Shown here: positions 32,800 to 36,573 of the stretch, one piece after another
How positions within the stretch are numbered: the stretch's first letter is position 1
How the letters are laid out: the number at the start of each line of letters is the position of its first letter
Virus record (IMG/VR): IMGVR_UViG_2728369393_000013
Direction: 5' to 3' (one strand)
Length of the DNA: 36,573 nucleotides
Source of the DNA: a virus
Lineage: Duplodnaviria; Heunggongvirae; Uroviricota; Caudoviricetes
Made by a program: the position numbers and the translations under genes
Notes under the pieces: generated by a model
The model's input: only the letters and a program-made list of their open reading frames with translations
Told to the model about the DNA's origin: nothing
Database searches by the model: none

Positions 32800-33474
32800 A
32801 TGAAAACAGTCCATGACATCCGGCGGTCTAACGCCAGAAAACTGAGAGATGGTGTTGGCGGGAATTCTTCCTTTGCCACCATGATTGATCGCGAGCCAAC
32901 CCAGACCAGCAGGTTTATGGGAGATGGTGCTACTAAAAATATCGGTGACAGCATGGCACGACACATCGAAAAATGTTTCGACCTGCCTGTCGGATGGCTC
33001 GATCAAGAACACCAGACAACGAACATCACAAAAAAACCTGATGTTTCAATCACTAATAAACAAATCACATTAGTCCCTGTCATATCATGGGTACAGGCCG
33101 GAGCATGGAAAGAAGTTGGATATTCTGAGGTTGATTTGAGCACAGCAGAAACGTATCCCTGCCCTGTACCCTGTGGGGAAATGACTTATATCTTGCGGGT
33201 GATAGGTGATTCAATGATTGATGAGTACCGCCCGGGAGACATGATTTTTGTCGATCCTGAAGTACCTGCCTGCCACGGTGACGACGTTATTGCATTGATG
33301 CACGATACAGGTGAAACCACCTTCAAAAGGTTGATAGAAGATGGGACACAGCGTTATCTCAAAGCGTTAAACCCAAACTGGCCTGAGCCTTACATTAAGA
33401 TCAACGGTAATTGCTCTATAATTGGTACTGTGATTTTCTCAGGAAAACCAAGAAGATACAAAATCAAAGCCTAA
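32800..33474 (+). CDS. CI-type repressor with C-terminal S24 (LexA-like) autopeptidase domain (224 aa)
   Basis: C-terminal GDSM (Ser nucleophile) and downstream Lys; architecture like P22 C2/lambda CI. Confidence 0.8.
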   Translation: MKTVHDIRRSNARKLRDGVGGNSSFATMIDREPTQTSRFMGDGATKNIGDSMARHIEKCFDLPVGWLDQEHQTTNITKKPDVSITNKQITLVPVISWVQAGAWKEVGYSEVDLSTAETYPCPVPCGEMTYILRVIGDSMIDEYRPGDMIFVDPEVPACHGDDVIALMHDTGETTFKRLIEDGTQRYLKALNPNWPEPYIKINGNCSIIGTVIFSGKPRRYKIKA

Positions 33475-33488
33475 TCAATGTTTATGAA

Positions 33489-33510
33489 CCTGCTTCGGCA
33501 GGTTTTTTTA
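33489..33510 (+). terminator. Rho-independent terminator after cI
   Basis: CCTGCTTCGGCAGG hairpin followed by T7. Confidence 0.75.
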
Positions 33511-33513
33511 TAC

Positions 33514-33542
33514 TTGACAGTGTACCTTTGAGATACATAATG
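33514..33542 (+). promoter_or_regulatory. Candidate sigma70 promoter (TTGACA-16-CATAAT) immediately after cI terminator
   Basis: Near-consensus -35 and -10 hexamers seen directly; overlaps TGTACC operator-like motifs. Confidence 0.45.
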
Positions 33543-33624
33543 TACCCAAGAGAAACAACAAACAGGCAGGACGCCCACGAAGTAGCCGCCTGGGGCATAT
33601 GAAGTCCAGGATGATTCGTTAGCA

Positions 33625-33650
33625 ACAAAAAAGCGCCCTATAGGACGCTT
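33625..33650 (-). terminator. Rho-independent terminator (minus strand) for DUF1311-like gene
   Basis: On minus strand AGCGTCC-TATA-GGGCGCT hairpin (one mismatch) followed by T6. Confidence 0.5.
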
Positions 33651-33676
33651 CGCTCTTTAACAATCTGGATGACTTA

Positions 33677-34189
33677 TTACTCAGATTTGAACTTTGGTTC
33701 TGGCAAAAGAGGAGGAGTTGAGTCCTCGAATCGTAGCCAGTGCTCCCAGATATCGTGGGATTGTAATTCCAGAAGACCAATTTGACGTGATGCAACTGCA
33801 GTGCCAGCTATAGTTCCTCCTGCATAATCAACCTGGACGGACTTTGACGCTTTCTCAATTAATTCTGTCCAAGCTTCACTTTCCGCGTTAAAAGAAGCAG
33901 TTAATTCCTGCAGACGCTGTGGATCATCCTTGTTGTCTTGTTTCAAACGATTCAGGGCGGCCACCGAATACTTATTCTTAACCCAACTAACCTGAGCTAA
34001 CTGAACTCTCTGACAAGCGTCCATATCAGTAGTTGTTTCCTGAGGCATATCAAAGCAGGAAATAAAAAAAGTCTCAACACCATCATTTAGACTACTGCTC
34101 GGCTGGTTCAAAGCATCAGAAGCATTGGATGCTATCGGTATTATCAGTGCTACCGACAGAATCAAACGTTTAACATAAATCGCTCCCAT
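33677..34189 (-). CDS. Secreted DUF1311 (LprI lysozyme-inhibitor-like) protein, 170 aa, moron between cI and pL
   Basis: N-terminal signal peptide (KRLILSVALIIPIASNA); C-terminal EAWTELIEKASKSVQVDYAGGTIAGTAVASRQIGLLELQSHDIWE matches DUF1311 pattern as recalled; SD GAGGGG before ATG. Confidence 0.5.
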   Translation of the reverse strand: MGAIYVKRLILSVALIIPIASNASDALNQPSSSLNDGVETFFISCFDMPQETTTDMDACQRVQLAQVSWVKNKYSVAALNRLKQDNKDDPQRLQELTASFNAESEAWTELIEKASKSVQVDYAGGTIAGTAVASRQIGLLELQSHDIWEHWLRFEDSTPPLLPEPKFKSE

Positions 34190-34477
34190 TTAATTATCCC
34201 CTCTAAGAACAGAGTCATCCAGATTAGCCGAATCCTTGTTGTTGGGGAATAACCAGGCCCACCTCGCCTGATGTGGCTAAAAGCAGGCACATAACAGCTA
34301 AGTATTTTCAACCAGAGAGAATCCTTAGCGTTGTGGTGAATGCGGCTCAGCGCACGCGGGTTAAGGTTGAGGCTGACAGTCGACCTTCTGTGGATACCCA
34401 CCCGCCTGGTGTGCAACCTTCGCCAGGCACCGGGAGGCACCCGGCACCACAACTTTATGCTGTGTGTAGTCCTGGCG

Positions 34478-34511
34478 GTACCAGTTTGTACCCTTGCTTC
34501 CGGCTGGTACC
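34478..34511. promoter_or_regulatory. Putative OL/pL operator region with three GTACC-core motifs
   Basis: GGTACC (34478-34483), TTGTACC (34486-34492), GGTACC (34506-34511) resemble half-sites of the OR palindrome. Confidence 0.4.
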
Positions 34512-34608
34512 GCTCTTTTTACAAAACAGAGAAGAGCATCACCGGACGACGGGCTCATAACCCAATCCATCCGGGCGGCTGCCACCGCAGGTGTTCTTCT
34601 CTGTTTTG
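34512..34608 (+). other. Structured leader element: boxA-like CGCTCTTTTTA followed by long imperfect stem-loop (arms 34522-34536 and 34594-34608)
   Basis: Inverted repeat CAAAACAGAGAAGAG / TTCTTCTCTGTTTTG (14 of 15 bp complementary) enclosing 57 nt with internal GC-rich pairing. Confidence 0.4.
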
Positions 34609-34657
34609 TGGAGAAACCAACCGACCTTGCAGGGTCGATATGATTAGGAGTAGCAAA

Positions 34658-35020
34658 ATGGCTAGCGAACGCAGTACCAACGTGCAGGAATTTATCGTAG
34701 AACTGGACGGCGGCGTATTTGAAACCAAACTCGGCGCAGTTCTCAGCGAAGTCGCTTCCGGTGTGATGAACACGAAAAACAAAGGTAAAGTCTCGGTCAA
34801 TCTGGACATCGAACCGTTTGATGAGAACCGTGTGAAAATCAAACACAAACTCTCATATGTTCGCCCGACTAACCGCGGGAAAATTTCCGAAGAAGACACC
34901 ACCGAAACGCCGATGTATGTCAATCGCGGTGGTCGCCTGACTATTCTGCAGGAAGACCAGGGACAGTTACTGACTCTTGCCGGTGAACCTGACGGAAAAC
35001 TCCGCGCAGCAGGTCGTTAA
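34658..35020 (+). CDS. Hypothetical early protein (120 aa), first gene of leftward operon
   Basis: AGGAG SD 7 nt upstream of ATG at 34658; longer listed ORF is an upstream extension across the leader. Confidence 0.55.
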   Translation: MASERSTNVQEFIVELDGGVFETKLGAVLSEVASGVMNTKNKGKVSVNLDIEPFDENRVKIKHKLSYVRPTNRGKISEEDTTETPMYVNRGGRLTILQEDQGQLLTLAGEPDGKLRAAGR

Positions 35021-35085
35021 TATCGTTTTTAATAAACTGATTATTTATCTCATCACTGAATATCTTTATATAGTGAGGACTTATT

Positions 35086-35910
35086 ATGTCTCAGAACTTA
35101 GACGCAACCGCAATTAATCAAATCCATGCTCTTATTTCTGCTCAGGGTGTTAATGAAATTATCAGTAAGATTGGTGCCGATGCCGTGGCATTGCCTGAGA
35201 ATTTCCGCATTCATGATCTGGAAAAATTTAATTTAAATCGCTTCCGTTTCCGTGGTGCGCTTTCCACTGCCAGCATTGATGACTTTACCCGTTATTCTAA
35301 AGATCTTGCAGATGAAGGCACCCGCTGCTTTATCGATGCCGATAATATGCGAGCCGTCAGTGTGCTTAACCTGGGTACTATTGATGAACCAGGTCACGCA
35401 GATAACACCGCCACTCTCAAACTGAAAAAGACAGCACCGTTCTCTGCCCTGTTGTCTGTTAACGGCGAGCGTAACTCCCAGAAGTCACTGGCAGAATGGA
35501 TTGAAGACTGGGCCGACTACCTTGTGGGCTTTGATGCTAATGGTGACGCCATTCAGGCAACAAAAGCGGCTGCGGCAGTCCGTAAAATCACGATTGAAGC
35601 AAACCAGACCGCTGATTTTGAAGATAGTGACTTCAGCGGCAAACGCTCCCTGATGGAATCTGTCGAAGCGAAGACCAAAGACATTATGCCAGTGGCATTT
35701 GAATTTAAATGCGTTCCGTTTGAAGGCCTGAAAGAACGTCCGTTTAAATTACGCCTCAGCATTATCACTGGCGATCGTCCTGTACTGGTTCTGCGCATTA
35801 TTCAGCTGGAAGCAGTGCAGGAAGAAATGGCTAACGAATTTCGTGATCTGCTTGTTGAGAAATTCAAAGACAGCAAAGTAGAAACCTTTATTGGTACTTT
35901 TACCGCCTGA
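35086..35910 (+). CDS. yfdQ: YfdQ-like (DUF2303) prophage protein, 274 aa
   Basis: Length and gene order match CPS-53 yfdQ-yfdR pair; assignment from memory. Confidence 0.5.
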   Translation: MSQNLDATAINQIHALISAQGVNEIISKIGADAVALPENFRIHDLEKFNLNRFRFRGALSTASIDDFTRYSKDLADEGTRCFIDADNMRAVSVLNLGTIDEPGHADNTATLKLKKTAPFSALLSVNGERNSQKSLAEWIEDWADYLVGFDANGDAIQATKAAAAVRKITIEANQTADFEDSDFSGKRSLMESVEAKTKDIMPVAFEFKCVPFEGLKERPFKLRLSIITGDRPVLVLRIIQLEAVQEEMANEFRDLLVEKFKDSKVETFIGTFTA

Positions 35911-36036
35911 TTTCCTTACTGCAAATGCCCCTGCGGGGCATTTATGGAAACATAATTGACTCAATAATCGCCTGATGGCGAGGGTTTTCTTTAACCAAAA
36001 TTCAGCGCGGTGCAGCGCATATACGTGGAGAACAAA

Positions 36037-36573
36037 ATGTCATTTATTAAAACTTTTTCCGGGAAGCATTTTTATTATGACAAGATAAATAAAGACGACA
36101 TCGTGATTAACGATATCGCGGTTTCCCTTTCAAATATCTGTCGCTTTGCAGGACATCTTTCACACTTCTACAGCGTCGCCCAGCATGCGGTGCTTTGCAG
36201 CCAGCTGGTACCGCAGGAATTTGCTTTTGAAGCGTTAATGCATGATGCAACAGAAGCGTATTGCCAGGACATCCCGGCTCCACTGAAACGCCTTCTTCCT
36301 GATTATAAACGGATGGAAGAAAAAATAGACGCCGTAATCCGTGAGAAATACGGGTTACCCCCGGTTATGAGCACACCTGTGAAATATGCCGATCTCATCA
36401 TGCTGGCAACCGAACGCCGCGATCTCGGACTTGATGATGGCTCTTTCTGGCCTGTACTGGAAGGCATCCCGGCAACAGAGATGTTCAAAGTTATTCCACT
36501 GGCTCCGAGCCATGCCTACGGGATGTTTATGGAGCGCTTTAACGAGTTATCGGAGTTACGCACATGCGCATGA
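36037..36573 (+). CDS. yfdR: HD-domain phosphohydrolase, YfdR-like (178 aa)
   Basis: HD-domain motifs H...H (LSHFYSVAQHAV) and HD (ALMHDATEAY); start at MSFIKTF; stop at window end. Confidence 0.6.
   Translation: MSFIKTFSGKHFYYDKINKDDIVINDIAVSLSNICRFAGHLSHFYSVAQHAVLCSQLVPQEFAFEALMHDATEAYCQDIPAPLKRLLPDYKRMEEKIDAVIREKYGLPPVMSTPVKYADLIMLATERRDLGLDDGSFWPVLEGIPATEMFKVIPLAPSHAYGMFMERFNELSELRTCA

Noticed and set aside
34273-34560. 95-aa plus-strand ORF considered as a possible N-like antiterminator
   Set aside because: Not Arg-rich at the N-terminus, spans the operator-like motifs and the structured leader, no SD

Overview
The whole window reads as one lambdoid prophage of the E. coli Qin type, laid out right-to-left: early-left genes (CPS-53 yfdQ/yfdR-like), cI/cro immunity switch, replication module with in-gene iterons, nin-like region (PerC-like, Dam methyltransferase, RusA, KilA-N, DUF968), antiterminator Q, cold-shock morons (cspF, cspB, cspI, gnsB), lysis cassette (holin, SAR endolysin, Rz/Rz1), an intact lambda-type cos site, then a lambda-like head and tail module (Nu1 through I), a truncated side tail fibre, tfa, a Pin invertase and a ydfK-like gene. 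The structural module is heavily decayed: an IS66-family element (8-bp target duplication) splits Nu1, an IS600-like IS3-family element (3-bp duplication) splits tfa, two internal deletions remove most of B through E and the 3' part of I through J into stf, and at least six single-base deletions frameshift A, Z, H (twice), K and I. No tRNA, rRNA or CRISPR array was seen. All identifications are by eye from the supplied translations and sequence, with lambda and K-12 protein comparisons made from memory; no database search was run. The most interesting unexplained items are the leader downstream of the putative pL operators (boxA-like motif plus a long stem-loop, no N-like gene), a secreted DUF1311-like moron with a candidate small transcript beside cI, a small-gene cluster downstream of Q, and a convergent gene pair inside the lysis cassette.
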